The position numbers and the translations under genes were made by a program. This document shows positions 1 to 13,365 of a DNA stretch of 37,358 bases, one piece after another (position 1 is the first letter of the stretch; each line of letters opens with the position of its first letter). The DNA comes from Bigelowiella natans CCMP2755 (taxonomy: Eukaryota > Protista > Cercozoa). Under the pieces are notes generated by a model. The model searched no databases. It saw nothing but the letters and a program-made list of their open reading frames with translations, and had not been told where the DNA came from. The DNA is taken from NCBI GenBank assembly GCA_000320545.1, contig ADNK01001046.1, positions 1-37,358 on the forward strand. Direction: 5' to 3'.

Positions 1-42
1 CGATAGTGCTGCATGACCGTGGGGAGCTAATAATCACAGCAA

Positions 43-99
<57 letters not shown>

Positions 100-492
100 A
101 TATATATATATACCTCACATTCTCTTAGGCACTGCCACCCATCCGTGCAAAGACAACGATAAGCCTTTCCTCCCACGTCATCATCATCATCATCATCGTC
201 ATCATCGATCATCTATAATTTCTGTTTTTGCACTTACAAAGAAGATAGTGCGCCAGCTGTAGTCCCTCAGGTACCTGATAATGGATTACTTGTGTAAAAA
301 ATGCTTGATGAGATTCTCACCTCCCTTCCCCCCATCCCTGCGCCGTCTCTCAAAACTTGAAAATCCATATTACTTGTTGTAGGCGGTAACACTAAAGAGA
401 ATGAAGACTTGGGGAACGAGCGACATCGACGTTGTGTAGAATACCTAGCATCATGATGATCAATGAGCGTCTTACACTACAAACGCACGCGT

Positions 493-530
<38 letters not shown>

Positions 531-852
531 ACACAAACACACAAAATTCATACACTCACACTCCTCTAATAGGGAGCTCTCCAACACATGAGCTGTAGTG
601 TATAGCAAAATAACTATCCGACTATGCGGCCTCCTCCTCCTCCTTCTTCCCCCCCCTCCCCTTCCTCACCCTGGAGAAATGAGGCCCTCTTGGGTACTGC
701 TGTTTGGTGTCGGTGAAGAAGTAGAAGTAGGCCGTGTCCCCCCCAAGATGGCACATGGAGAGGAAGAGGAAGTAGCAGTTGACCTCCGCAATCCTGGCAG
801 AAGAGGAGACGCGGAAGTGAAGCAGGGGGCGATTTTATAAGAAGTTGTGTAT

Positions 853-893
<41 letters not shown>

Positions 894-1658
894 GACGTAT
901 GTGCGTTTGTGTTTATATTCTTTATATTTGTTCCACCGACGCTTAGATGGCGTCGCGGTAGACTACAATTGAAAATTGGGGCGAGCGAGGGAGGGGTTAT
1001 ATGAAAGAACGATGAAATAAGCGAACAAAACGCACTTACCGTCTGAGAGTGAAGATGTAAAACAATAGGATACCGAGCAGACCGACTCCGTACGCCATCG
1101 CAGCGTTGAAGTATACCTTGGGTCGAAAGGGGGGGGGGGGAGGCCATTCGTTGATGATAACGATAACAATGAGGATGAATGCCAACAGGTGAGACGAGTG
1201 CAAAGCATTTTCAATGACGGCGACGATGCGTCTGCTGCTGCTGAATCATCTTCTTTTCCAAATCGTCTCATACCCCTCTTCCCCCCCCCCCCCCCCCCCC
1301 TCTCTCTCTCTTGATCCTTTCTCTTCTACTACTTATTATTACTACCGATGTCGATACAAGGCCTAGTACCAGCAGGGACACCTGCGCACACACGCACACA
1401 CACACACACACACACATGAAAGGAAGTGAGCTGCGACAACGACGACGATAACGGAGAGGGTGCACGTTGCATATGCGCGCGCGCGCGTCTCTTTGATGCT
1501 CTCGTCTTCCTCTTATCTCCTCCTTCCTTTCATCGCAAGAGGGGGGCGGGAGGGAAGGAAGGTACTCTACTACCGAGAGCAGGGCCAGCATTGAAACCAG
1601 GACAACATAGTTCGTGTTGGATCTACACGGTGGTGGGTGGGGGGGATGGGATGATAAC

Positions 1659-1691
<33 letters not shown>

Positions 1692-2260
1692 AATGATGTT
1701 AAAATAATGAGACACAAGCATGCAAGACAGAATGTCATTCGTTGTGATGGCTATTATTGGTGGAGGGTTGGTAGGGGGGGGGGGGGGGGCAGAACATGGC
1801 AGCTACAACACAACATGAACGCTAATAGCTGATTCGATCTTCACCTCGGCCTCGTAGTCGTCGGGACTGACATGCATTGTCGGCCCTGAAAGATTTTGAG
1901 TCGAGGGGAGGGGGGGGGGGGGGGGTTGCTATGAGGAAATGAGGAGAGCGGAAAGGGAAATGGCGTGAGCGACCGCGTCTCGCTTCGGCAATACTTCCTC
2001 CTGAAAATTCCCGAGGGTCTGAAGCGTCGGAACACAAACAACAAGAACAGACACAACCAGAGCATGCCAGGAATGGTGGGGGGGTAAGGACAAGCTTGAT
2101 AGCGCGGGCATGCGCATACCCCCAAAGTTAGAAACGGCATTAGATCATTAGCGCGCCACGTCACCGGGATCAGAACGAGGGCGTTCGAGAGCACCACCAT
2201 AAGAAACGCCCAATTCACAGTGGTTGCCTGCAGGACAAGCAGAAAACATACATATACATG

Positions 2261-2301
<41 letters not shown>

Positions 2302-2893
2302 TATATACCAATTTGTAAGTTGTGAGATTGTTCCCATCCCCCCTTCCCTTCACCTCCCCCCTAGCTGCGAGTAGGATATGATCGTGTTTAAGCGGTATTT
2401 AAGCTGCGGGGGATAAGATATGCTTACTTGCAGGAATGAGCCTACTGTGGCCGCTGCTAGGATGCCTCCGACCTATTGTTTTGAGAGATACTTAATGCTC
2501 CTGAGCGCGCGCGCACACACACACACATACACGCGCGCGCGCGCGCGCACACATGATATTCGTATGTCTGAGTATTCAGCCTCACCGCCTGCCCCCCCGT
2601 CACGAAGGAGACGATATCCGAGCCAAGGGAGGGTTTTAGCTAATGATTACAATGGGAGTAGGGAGAGAAAGGAGGGCGGAATTATTACAAAATTGAGTTT
2701 TTTAATGGTGCACAATGATCATCGTCTACATAACTATAATCGTCGTCATTCAATATCATCATCCCTAGCATTTGTGAGTTGCTTCGTTCTGTCATGGTAG
2801 TCTGAATCACTTCCATGCAATTATCTCTCGCAGCTAGCTTTGGCTCGTTCTTCTCGTTATCCCCCCCCCCTCCCCCCTACTCCCATCTCTCCC

Positions 2894-2934
<41 letters not shown>

Positions 2935-3346
2935 TCTCTCTTTCTTTCTCCCGCACGCAGGAGCCTCCATTCTCTCAGCAGATATATCCTACCTTGACTT
3001 GCTCTGAGTATCTTGCCTCTACGAGGAGATCTGTCGTCGCTACCGCTGGATGGTAGCAAATAGCAACGAGAAGAAGAACAGTAAGGGGGGAGGGGAGGGG
3101 GGGGGGGGGGTCAATATCAGGATGATGCTAGGCAACGAAATGAAGACGATGAGGAGGAGGAGGAGGAGGAGGAGGAGGGTTGAAAGTGGATGGACGACGA
3201 TGATGATGATGACGCAGCGTCGTCTCGATCTGTGAGGCTTTTTGCTGGTAATGTGCGGCTGCCCGGCGGCGAACAACCTAGTTCCATGAGCAGGAAGCTC
3301 CCAATGGCCACCTCCACCTCAATGTTCGGGGCAGCTGATTGCGTAT

Positions 3347-3389
<43 letters not shown>

Positions 3390-3470
3390 GGGATGACTGC
3401 GATGATGATTCAGACGTTGCTGCATCTATCCTCACACACGAACGCACGTCTACCCAGCACACAAACGCAG

Positions 3471-3537
<67 letters not shown>

Positions 3538-5108
3538 AAGGAAGAATGATGACAAACTGACTTACCCCTCGACACGATGTATACTCCAGCCCCCATCCCC
3601 ATTATCTAACAACATGGTACCAGCAGCAGCAGCAGCGGAAATATCTCTTATTTCACTTCGTTAGATCGTGGCAACTGTCGTCACCATCAGACATATGTGC
3701 ATAATGCACGTGTACACGAGCTCATCGGGTTTTGCAGCCCTCTCCCCGGTTCTCTTTCTCTCCCCCCCCCACCCCCACTCTCTCGCATACCGCGGTGATG
3801 AGCATATATCCATTCCTACGGTAGCCGAACAGCGACACACTGTCCGAAATCAACCCAATCAGCCCCTGAAGAGGAGAAGAAGGAGAGTCAGTCTTTCATC
3901 GTATCTGAATTCAGCCCTTTCCGTGTGCTTAGATCTACGCACACACAGCAGCAGTGAACGGCAAACAGGCTCACCTTGAGGCACCATGGCGTCCGGCCTA
4001 TTGCTATAAACACTTGCATGGACGGCGCTGGCACTCCGCCGTGATCTCTATACCAATACCTAGTAGTAATGGGAAGGGGGCGGCAATGGGGGAGAGGCGG
4101 GCGGGGAACGACAAACGACGGAGGGAGGGAGAGAGTCGTTTTGAGTTGGAGAAGAAACGTGCAATCACTGGAATCGTGTTGTTTGTTACTTCATGGTCTG
4201 CCGAAGCCAGATAATCAAGAAACCCTTGTTCAGATGTGCCCCTGGTGGCATTGGGGGGGGGGGGGGGGAGGGAGGGACAACAGAGTTCATAGATTATCTT
4301 TTTGAGGGAGTGGTTGGTGGTAGCCTAGAGAACAACGGAGGGGGGTAGGGACGCTTTTCCATCGTACATAAAATATCCAAAGACAGCGGAGAGCGATCAA
4401 AAAGCAGCCCAATGGCCGCATCGATGAGCGTCGGCAACGACAACGACTATCGACGATTCTCAACCTACCGATGATTACGAGGATGAGGAATTTCCATCCG
4501 AATTCGTCAGCTAAGCCCATAAACCTAGTTTTGTTGTTGTTGTTGTTATTGCAATGGAAAGAAATAGAAGAGGGTTTTTAATTTGATGATGCAGGGCCTG
4601 ATACATGGTACGACAGCTACCCCTTACCCCTCTCCATTGACGTTAAAGGGTGGGGCACACACACACGCACGCACGCACACACACACGCACACGAAATTTT
4701 AAGCTCCGCAAGCTTGCGGCTGTGACAACATATTCGCTTCTCCTCACCACTCGAGAGGGTTTCCGTCAATCCTGCCAACCCCTTTTTCACCGGTTCCCCT
4801 TGACAGAGAATTCTTGCTCCACACCCTCCTTGTTTTTGACTGCTCCTAGGTGCACAGATAGGTCATATCAGGAATGGAGAAACGCTAAAATGTTTCATTG
4901 ACGATTAGCGAAGGAACCGTACATGCAAGAGAGGCTCTTCCTCCTCCTCGATAGCTACATCGTCGGGGTATTGCAGGCCAGAGCTCTGGCTCTCTACGTC
5001 TATGATCTGCCCCCTCCCTTCGTCCGTAGAGGAGAGCTGTTGGGACGCCCTTCTTCTATTTGTGCTACTCCTAGTTTCCTGGCCGTCTTCGTTGTTGAGG
5101 GCTGCCAT
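1..5108 (-). CDS. BT1-family folate/biopterin transporter (MFS), multi-exon; 3' part runs off the left end of the window
   Basis: Hand-spliced exons give BT1 hallmarks in order: FMGLADEFGWKFLILVII (~4470-4523), YWYRDHGGVPAPSMQVFIAIGRTPWCLK (~3976-4060), GLIGLISDSVSLFGYRRNGYMLITA (~3791-3865), AVATTDLLVEARYSEQVK, LKPSLGSDIVSFVTGGQA, VGGILAAATVG, IAEVNCYFLFLSMCHLGGDTAYFYFFTDTKQQYPRGPHFSR (~670-795), VFYTTSMSLVPQVFILFSVTAYNK and YLRDYSWRTIFF. Putative ATG at 5108 (MAALNNEDG...). Confidence 0.88.
45..95. repeat. (CA)n microsatellite in a BT1 intron (representative of dozens in the window)
   Basis: Directly visible. Confidence 0.95.
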
Positions 5109-6081
5109 TGTGTTCAAACTAGCGCCCTGTCCTTTAATATTCGAGCCTGTGTAGGAGCCTCCAACAGTACTTGCACGTACGTGTTCACGTGCGTGACCGT
5201 GTTAAGTTTATGCCTCGAGAAGCGCTCCCCACATCAACTCTCAATACACTTATTTTACTCTGTTCCTGTAGTGAGCCGGGAGGGGTGATGTCGCAGGTGT
5301 GTCCAAACCCAAGATGGAGGTTCGCTCCACAACGACGTATGGGGGTGGCTTGACGGAGGAGCGATTAGCAGTGCATTCTTTGCTGCGAGGGGAAGAAGAT
5401 AGGTGATTCTTTTGCTCAGCCTGGTTTTGAATTCAAACCGCCGAAAAGATATATTTTTGGGCGATAATAATGCGATTTTTGTTGTTTGTTGCGGTTGGAT
5501 TTCGCTAGACGCAGCCAGTAATCTTCCTTGCAGTATTGGACGACGACATGCGTATTTTTCTCAAGTCCATGCCCCGGCACTGACATCGCTCAGCATCTAT
5601 CAAGGGGATTTGGGGGGAAAGACATGTATTCGGGATGTAATTCAACCGTTTTTTGAAGCGCACATTTCTACAGGAATAATACCGACGAGTGCGGTGCACC
5701 GGTGCACCTCGTACTTGCAATGCGAAGCTCCAATGACTCAAAGAAGAATTCTTGAGACGATCTTGCAACGCGCCATCAGAGAAACATCCCACTATTTCTG
5801 CCCATATCAATCGTATTTGTTGAGTCCTGCCGCGTTCGGGTCGCGGAGTATGCGGAACACCGAACAACGTTCCTGTTTGTTGCTTGCGACAAGGTAATAC
5901 CCTTAAAAGATCATAGAAACGAAGGGGTATTCGAGGAAAGTACGGAACACGTGTCGCGTATCCGTGCAGTCCACCCCCTTTCGAAGGACTGGGGAGAGAA
6001 AGTAACCAGTAAGAGCACGGAGAAAGATACGGGGGAGGCGAGAGACGACAGCAGCAGATTTTCGGGTGAGAAGGGATCTCA

Positions 6082-7578
6082 ATGTTGGCGGTGAAGTCAT
6101 GGAGGTGGATCGCCACAGTTGGTTTGACGATGTTCCTGCTTATCTTCCAGCAACTGCTCTCAGAAACTGAAAAGTAGCCTGACTATCCATCAATACGTAT
6201 TTCCTTCCTGCAACCTAACTGTAGATGTGCGTTTTTAGTTTTGTTAAGGACGGGAGCAGTGTTCGCCAACCATCACAATCGGATCTCAGCGGGTTGAACA
6301 GCAGCAGCAGTAATGACAGCGCAAATCCAGAGCTGGCGGATGACACGAGTAAAATGCTTACCAAAAATAGGAGCCATCATTGCGTGGTGTCTATGGTAGC
6401 TGGAAGCGATTCACGATACGCCTTGGGAGCGCTTGTACTTGCTCAGTCTTTCAGAGAGCACACCAAAAGGGCGTCCTCAATTAAGATGGTGACACATTTA
6501 CTTTGCAATTGACAACGATATTAATTGTATAGGATTTCATAAAATAATTGTAGCGATATGTTTATGGCAATACAGTTCTCTCTTAATTCTATTTCCCCTT
6601 ATTTCGTCAAAAGCTTTCCCTTTTCTCAAATATCTATCACTGCTTCCCCAGAGCCCGTATATGAGGCAGATAGCTTCCTCTTTGTCTAATCCATTTGCTC
6701 ATTCATTCTTTTTCTCCCCAAAAATCTTAATCCATCATTGACAGATACTTCTCTACGACCCCTCATACAATCTGAGCTATCTTGACATAATTCGTCGAAG
6801 TGGTTTATGGGACGAATTGCGCGTAATGGGCCCTCTTCCGGGGGTTAAGAGCGAATTATGGCCCTACTACTACAAGTACAACGCTTTCCGAATGTCCAAC
6901 TGCAGCAGGGTGTTGTGGATGGGCAGCGACTCGCTCGTGGTGAAGTCGATCGATGACCTCTTCGATGCCCCGGTGTCTCCCATTGCCGGTGTTACAGATG
7001 TCTTCTTTGTTGGGCTATCATGGAAGAACTATCGCTACAGTGTCTACGTTAACGGTGATATGCTCGTATTTGAGCCCTCGCCGACACACTTTGATAAGCT
7101 AGTGCAGTTCTCAAAAGAACATCCGAAACCTTTCGGTATGGGGGGGGACTATGATCAGGCTGCCATCAACTCTGTCTTCGAGTTGGAGATGCGCGCCCTA
7201 CCTTGGTACTACAGTGTTGAGACAAACTACTTCTTGGTCCCCTGGCAGGACTTACGTCGCGTGATAAATCCATTGAACGATAGCAATCTAGACGGCTGGA
7301 ATAAGGCCAACCAAAAGGTCCTGCAACATTTCGACATGTGGCGCACAATGCATTATGCTGGCAAGTTTAAGCCTTGGAAGATGCAGGAACGCCAGACAAA
7401 CATTGTGCGATTTCTGTTCGCTCCGTGGGACAATACTTGCCATCGAATGATAAGCGACAGGAGTGCGTTATGGCGGAAAGACGCCGGGGTTATATTCGGG
7501 AAACAGCTTTTAGACAACATTTGCGTGCATATACAAGATATTTCCAATTCAAAGAGAGGGAACGTTTCAGGCGTGTAG
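6082..7578 (+). CDS. Glycosyltransferase family 8 (glycogenin-like), type II membrane protein, ~3 exons
   Basis: ATG at 6082 begins MLAVKSWRWIATVGLTMFLLIFQQ (signal anchor). Exon 2 has GT8-like YALGALVLAQSFREHT. Exon 3 (6745-7578) has YYKYNAFRMSNCSRVLWMGSDSLVVKSIDDLFD, VNGDMLVFEPS, DQAAINSVF and HYAGKFKPW. Confidence 0.82.
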
Positions 7579-7929
7579 ATCAATTATAGATTAGTCTGGA
7601 ATCAAAGGAATCACGAGGTGCGAAAGAACATGATAAAGAAAGCTAGGATCAATAGTATGGCAGCATTCGGCAAATATGGCAACAAAGCATAGATGCGATA
7701 TTGCATCTGCACTTGTCGTCTCTCTTGCTGGCGCTTTGAGATACAGGGAAGCTAGTTTCTGAGCTAAAAGAAATGTTTCTGAATCAATGAGGATGCTATT
7801 GAAATGAAGCCAAATCGATCGACTACTTAACTACTATGCGATTAATGCTCTGTATGTAAAAGGAGTTGCTGCTGCTACAATAAGGTGCTACGCAATGACT
7901 AATGACAATACGCGACGGCGACAACCACC

Positions 7930-8470
7930 GCCATATATAAACGCAAAGGTTACATGTGCGCCTGCGCATGCAGCAGTCAAATGCAGCTACTTGTAGCAGA
8001 TCATGCATGATGTACAACACGGCTGGAAGCCCACAAAAACGTTGACAGCGCATCGCACATGCACGCCAGCAGAAACGCACGTCTGTGCACCAACATGTAT
8101 TAGCCACGCCGCCACGCCCATGTTGTGCATTCATGCATGCATGCATGATGTCTAGATCTAGAGATGTGTGCCATGTGCTTGCACAACATCAGCCCACGCG
8201 CGTAGTAACACTGGCCACTCACAAGTACATGTGAAACTTGTAGCCACACAATGCACATGTAAATACAAGTAATGCAAGATGCACATCAATGACGTGTACA
8301 TGTCTAGATGTGTGAATATAGGACACACACATGCTATCTAGCTATGTCCAACACATCATAGCGGAAAGCAACAGATTCAACATTAGCGCTGTAGCCGCTG
8401 CATTACACAGCTACATAAGGATGACCATTGAACAAATTTGATTGATTAATTACATCCGTCGTACATTGTA
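7930..8470. other. CATG/TGCA/CTAG-rich purine-pyrimidine-alternating island 1 (between convergent GT8 and HSP20 3' ends)
   Basis: Dense gcatgc/tgca/cacatg/tctaga words, e.g. 'tgcattcatgcatgcatgcatgatgtctagatctaga'. No credible ORF. Boundaries approximate. Confidence 0.7.
8392..8466 (-). repeat. ~75 bp dispersed repeat, copy A
   Basis: Aligns with 22421-22496 in the same orientation with 6 substitutions and 1 indel (manual alignment). Strand assigned from the predicted hairpin. Confidence 0.9.
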
Positions 8471-8642
8471 AGTCCACCGCTTGCAAGCAGACTCGATTGT
8501 GATTCGCCGGAATACGGTACTTCATCTATCCACATTATTAAATTTTAAAAACATCATCTACATGTCATTGATCTGTCAAAGTAGATCCTAAATGCCGGGT
8601 TCATAACAACCTCCTACTCGTCTTCGGTAAGATAGTCTCTCA

Positions 8643-9152
8643 TTACGAGATCGGAATCATCTTCGGCTGGACCTCTGGCTTCTTGAATAGGGTTAGAGTT
8701 AGCACACCATTGCTAAAATGCGCTTGTATGGTTTCAGTGTCGATTGTCTCAGGGATATCGAAAGCACAAGAAAGTTTTCCCATGTAGGTTTCCTGGTGGA
8801 CAGGCTTGAGACTTTCCCCTAAGTTGGGCATTTTCCGTTCTCCCTTAACTGTGAGGCGTCCTTCCTTCAAATCAAGCTGTACATCTTCTTTTTTAACACC
8901 GGGAAGATCGCAGGTTATCGTAAGGCCTTTTGCTCCCTCCACGATCTGCGTTGGAACTCGATATCTGCCTTCGGGATGAAACACAACCATCTTTCCCCCA
9001 CCAAGCATTGGAGTCCGATCCTGCTGCGAAAATGCGACAATCATAACCAATCCAACAGATAGAAGCGCAAGGATCTTCCCGAATCTCCCCAGCCGTCCAA
9101 CGATGGCATTGCTGCTCGTGTGGGAGGGGGGCAGGAGAGTGTATGGCGCCAT
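8643..9152 (-). CDS. HSP20: Small heat shock protein (HSP20/alpha-crystallin domain) with N-terminal hydrophobic leader; intronless
   Basis: 169 aa ORF with ITCDLPGVKKEDVQLDLKEGRLTVKGER, G-KLSCAFDIPETID, IQAHFSNGVLTLTLFK and C-terminal IxI (IPI). Hydrophobic stretch ILALLSVGLVMIVAFS near the N-terminus. Confidence 0.92.
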   Translation of the reverse strand: MAPYTLLPPSHTSSNAIVGRLGRFGKILALLSVGLVMIVAFSQQDRTPMLGGGKMVVFHPEGRYRVPTQIVEGAKGLTITCDLPGVKKEDVQLDLKEGRLTVKGERKMPNLGESLKPVHQETYMGKLSCAFDIPETIDTETIQAHFSNGVLTLTLFKKPEVQPKMIPIS

Positions 9153-9664
9153 GGGTAGCTACTGGCTAATTGTGTTGCGAAATTCCGAATAGTTCTCCTT
9201 TTGGGAATCCTTCCGGAACATCGACGAAGTAGGACATTTCCTTCCTGCGACAACAAAATTCGCCTTCTCTACCCTCAACTGGATTCCACAAGTAAGACAA
9301 ATTCTTAATAGCATTTTCACAGGGAAAGAAGCCCATCCATGTGTTGTTGCGAACCTGGCGCTATGAACGAGGCAGTGTAGTTCACCTCCCTTTCTAGCAC
9401 TCCCCCACAGATGTTTCTGTAGGTAATAAAAGCCATAAACGGCCGCCTTGAGTTTTTGGCGTTGTCCTAAACGAACGAAGAGTACCCCCTTGTTCCCCGT
9501 TGCAACCGTGCAGGAAGCTTTTCGTCATAGAAACTTCGTACGATCCCGCATGCATTTTTCATCTAGGTTCGGGGTGTCGCAGAGATAAATTGGCATTGTA
9601 TTTACGGTTGAAGATAATACTGCCTCTTAGTCGCAGGATAGATACTGGCGGCCGGACCTTCACA

Positions 9665-10543
9665 ATGGCTGCCAGATGCCCGCCGCGCTCTCCTCTCATA
9701 GCTGCCCTGGCCATTGCTTTCACCCTCTCACTCTTCCAGAGAGACCGACAGGCTCCTTTAAAATCAAGAGGGACCTCCATAAGAGCTGCCGCCCAATGTA
9801 GGCGTCCGGGACGTAATGGAGATTTCACGCCCAGAGTCAGTGTAAGGATTGGATGATGATATGTGCCACAGAACGCTCATGAAATGATCGTTTCATGTAT
9901 GCCGAATTTTTTGTCTCCGGCGATTTATTTTTTCACTCTTTCCTTGCTTTGATACCAAATCGCCACACACTGCAAACCACAACCGAACAACCCTGATTTT
10001 ATACAACTTGGGTATGCTTAGAAATACGGCTGCTTTGGGAACGTTCGCCCCGCAAAGAGGACAGCGGTGTTGAACGGCCTCAAAGGAAGTATAAATTCCT
10101 TGAGGGGAATGATGTACATGTCACAGATACCGATGCGAAAGGAAGGGCAAAGCACGCACAGCAATCGCCGCACGCAGCGCAATAGAAGGATGCGACGGTT
10201 AGGACCCCCTCGAATGGGACTGTTCGATGACGACGACGAAGAGGAAGAGGACAGCGACGAAGAGGAGGATGACGACCTAGTTCTGAGTGCCCTCAAATCG
10301 AAAAGAGAGGGTCGAGATTATCTTTTCACAGCCCCGCCATACAACTGTAGCGCCAACGGTCCTGTGTTCATTTCTCTGCGACAACAAAAAAGCCGCAAGA
10401 TCTAAGCACGATTTTTCTTATACAGGCGCTTTCATGCCGTGCGGAATCACTTTTCACACAGAAAAGCCGATCCGTATCACAGCTCTTCGTGTGCCATTCG
10501 AGTGCCTCTCCCCCGAGTTTTGGGATGGGTTCAGGTGATGATC

Positions 10544-10575
<32 letters not shown>

Positions 10576-11678
10576 AGTGATGGTGATGGTGGTAGTGAAT
10601 GATGATGCACGTTCTGCTCAAGATATGAGTCACCCCTCCACATCCAAAAATACTGCTGGAACTTTCCTGATGATCCTGGGGGTTTTGAAAATGAGCTGAA
10701 AGTATTATCATTATGCTTTCCAATTTCAGTGAGCTACCGGAAGATTGCGGCCGCCAGTAAGCATCGTCGTCGTCGTCGTTGCCGTCTTTATATTGTTGAT
10801 GATGATCATGATGATCACGATGATTAGGGAGAGGAGTAAATGGTAATTCTTGCAGAATGAGAACACGGCTTGCTTCCTACACGCTACCCTTCTCCCTCCC
10901 CCCCTCCCTCCCTTCTCAGGTACATCCAAGTCATCCGCAGCCCCATGCCCTTCCCGGATACTGTCTTCAAAGGAGAAACCTGTGCTACACCAAACTTAGA
11001 GAGAGGGGGGAGATAAGATGAGAAAATAAGAAGAAGACGAGGGAGAAGAAAGGGGAGGGTACAAACGAAGAGGAGACTTTTGAAAATAATTTCATCTTCC
11101 CGTCGAGGGGCAGCGTATATAGAGAACATTGCAGCCCTTCTTCCCCAAGAAACGCCAAATACATTACAGGCAGGGGTTTGAGGAGGTGGAGATGGATTGA
11201 GAGAAGAGATAGAGCGGTGGGGGGGGGAAGATGTGGATCCCGCAATCCACAAGAAGTAACGAAACAAACATGTATGCAGTGCACATTTCCGAGGGCGTTG
11301 AAGGCGACGTAGAGGGCTGGATTTCCTGCGACATTCCCGTCAGGCCTGGTGACTTTGTCTCCCTATTTGGATATCGGAACGTCTCAGATGTGTACGACAC
11401 CTTGGTGAGTAAGAGGAGGGGGGGGGGGGGGGGGGGGGTACAACGGAGAGCGAAATAAAAGTTAAATAGCAATGTGTTAGGCTTGGAGACTTTTTGTATT
11501 TTTGAAATCTTACTCGAACATGTTATAGATTATACTAATTTATTTTGGTCGTAGAAAAATTGTAATTAGCGAAGAAGCATTTGATTACAATATCACCATC
11601 ATCATCATCATCATCATTGATGGTATATTCTCAGATCTCTTATGGCATCGGTCCTCACTGGGAAAGGGTCAGTCTCAT

Positions 11679-11718
<40 letters not shown>

Positions 11719-11723
11719 TCTCC

Positions 11724-11766
<43 letters not shown>

Positions 11767-12361
11767 TCGGTTACTTTGGTGTGTTAACCATTTTCTCTCC
11801 TCTCTGCTCGTGACGATGCAGGTACTTGGTGAAGAGACAGGAGCATTCATGGCGTCAGCGTTTGATGAGGCCGGGCCTATTCCTTTCCAGCCAAATGAGG
11901 TAGATTTTTTGCGACAAAAGACGATGACATATACCATGAAGACAATGATGGTGATGAAGATGATGATACTAACCTCAGCCCCACGCCCACCCCCCCTTCT
12001 TCCGTCTACTCCTTCCCTCCCCCCCCTTCTCCATCTCGTCTCTATCTCTCGATATAAGGGGGTTCGCACATGGGTCGAGTACAATCACGTAGACACGCTG
12101 AACCGCTTGGAGTTTAAATATCGTGCAATGGACATCGAAGAGGAGGAAAATGTCGGATACGATATAGACTGGGACGAGGTTGATAATTTCCGTCTGTTGA
12201 CCCCCCATTCCTCTCTCTCTCTCTCATCCCATTTCGTCCCCCCCCCCTTTTTATACGTAATTTGGAATGTGCATCGAAGGTTCCCGCCCCCCCGGAAGTG
12301 AACTTCACCGAGAGAAATATGTAAGTGTGTGTGTGTGTGTGTGTGTGCGTGTGTGTGCGTG

Positions 12362-12405
<44 letters not shown>

Positions 12406-13365
12406 TGTGTGTGTGTCTAACAATCATGTTGTTGATCGCTGCATTGCCGCGCGCTAAGGAATGTATGATGATGCAACGACTACGCAACAGTGTCATTCTC
12501 CCCTCCACGGGCAAACGGGCTGCTTCCAAGGACGATCTCATCCAAATGGCGCTGGAGTACGAGGAGGGGCGAAAGCTGAAACAACAGCAAGAGGAAGAAG
12601 AGGCCAGGGCGATTGAGGCAGAGTAAGCGAAGAGAAGACGCCCACCAACAACACGAAATAGCTGCATAAACACTCCGTTGCATGAGCAAGTGCGGTGGCG
12701 ATTCGTCGTCATTATCCGTCATCATCGGCATCATCGACACACACCATAGCCGTTATGAACAACATCTATTGCAGCAGGCGTTTCGCTATCACATTCACTA
12801 TTTCAAACTGCTCACGAGATCGCCCTACCACTAATACTACTACTACTACTAATAATAATAATAATTATGATGATAACCATAAGAAACAACTTCTGCCCAT
12901 CAAACAGGTACGAGGAGAGCTACGACGGCGACTACGACTATGAGTATTATGATGACGACGAGGATGAGGACGACGATGACGTCTACTTTGATGAAGATCG
13001 AGACGAAGGACCAGGAATCTCCGGCTACACTGAGCAGAACCTCGGAGCCGGAGTTGGCGACGAGGAGAACTATTTTGATTCGATCAGCAGGGCAGAGACC
13101 GAGAGCAACCTTGAAGCCTACGAGGACCGACAAGATGACAGCGATATCATTTTTGACGACGATAGCAACGACGGCACCGCAGTCACCCCCCCCCCCCCCC
13201 CCCGGCCCACACTCTCTCTCCGTAGGCTGTTGTTGTCGTTGTTGACATTACCATGACCACCATGCCTCTTCATCACCCAAAAAAGGCCCTGAGATCGATA
13301 TTAATCTCGACGCTGACATGGGCTTCGAGGAGGAAGATGACGACGATGCGACTGCTGGACGATAA
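9665..13365 (+). CDS. Uncharacterised multi-exon protein with bipartite (signal peptide + basic transit-like) leader and very acidic C-terminus
   Basis: ATG 9665 begins MAARCPPRSPLIAALAIAFTLSLF, followed by an R/K-rich segment. GT-AG intron 9842-10021 keeps the frame into ORF 10067. Further exons: AFMPCGITFHTEKPIRITALRVPF, YIQVIRSPMPF, GWISCDIPVRPGDFVSLFGY, VLGEETGAFMASAF, NRLEFKYRAMD and a D/E-rich tail. The 3' end is uncertain (13365, or 13492 with an alternative donor). Confidence 0.7.
11680..11762. repeat. Compound (CT)n(TA)n intronic microsatellite
   Basis: Directly visible, immediately after the donor gtcagt. Confidence 0.95.
12325..12416. repeat. (GT)n intronic microsatellite
   Basis: Directly visible, fused to the donor gtaagt. 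Confidence 0.95.

Noticed and set aside
27-3555. Numerous short ORFs with poly-D, CV, HT, YI and SL runs (also around 10400-13250, 23500-25100 and 35200-37200)
   Set aside because: They are translations of intronic microsatellites or antisense to real exons.
5403-6116. Overlapping 164 aa (+) and 203 aa (-) ORFs in the BT1/GT8 gap
   Set aside because: Neither starts with ATG or has a recognisable motif; more likely promoter, 5'UTR or UTR intron. It is the longest divergent gap, so a small gene is not excluded.
9210-9229. Gap-type heat-shock-element-like TTCcgGAA(n7)GAA upstream of HSP20
   Set aside because: Imperfect, short and only ~60 bp from the ATG; not distinguishable from chance.
10973-11112. 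Apparent non-canonical GA-AG intron (AAAG|gagaaa)
   Set aside because: A same-phase GT donor exists at 10982, and every junction I checked in the well-conserved genes resolves with GT-AG.
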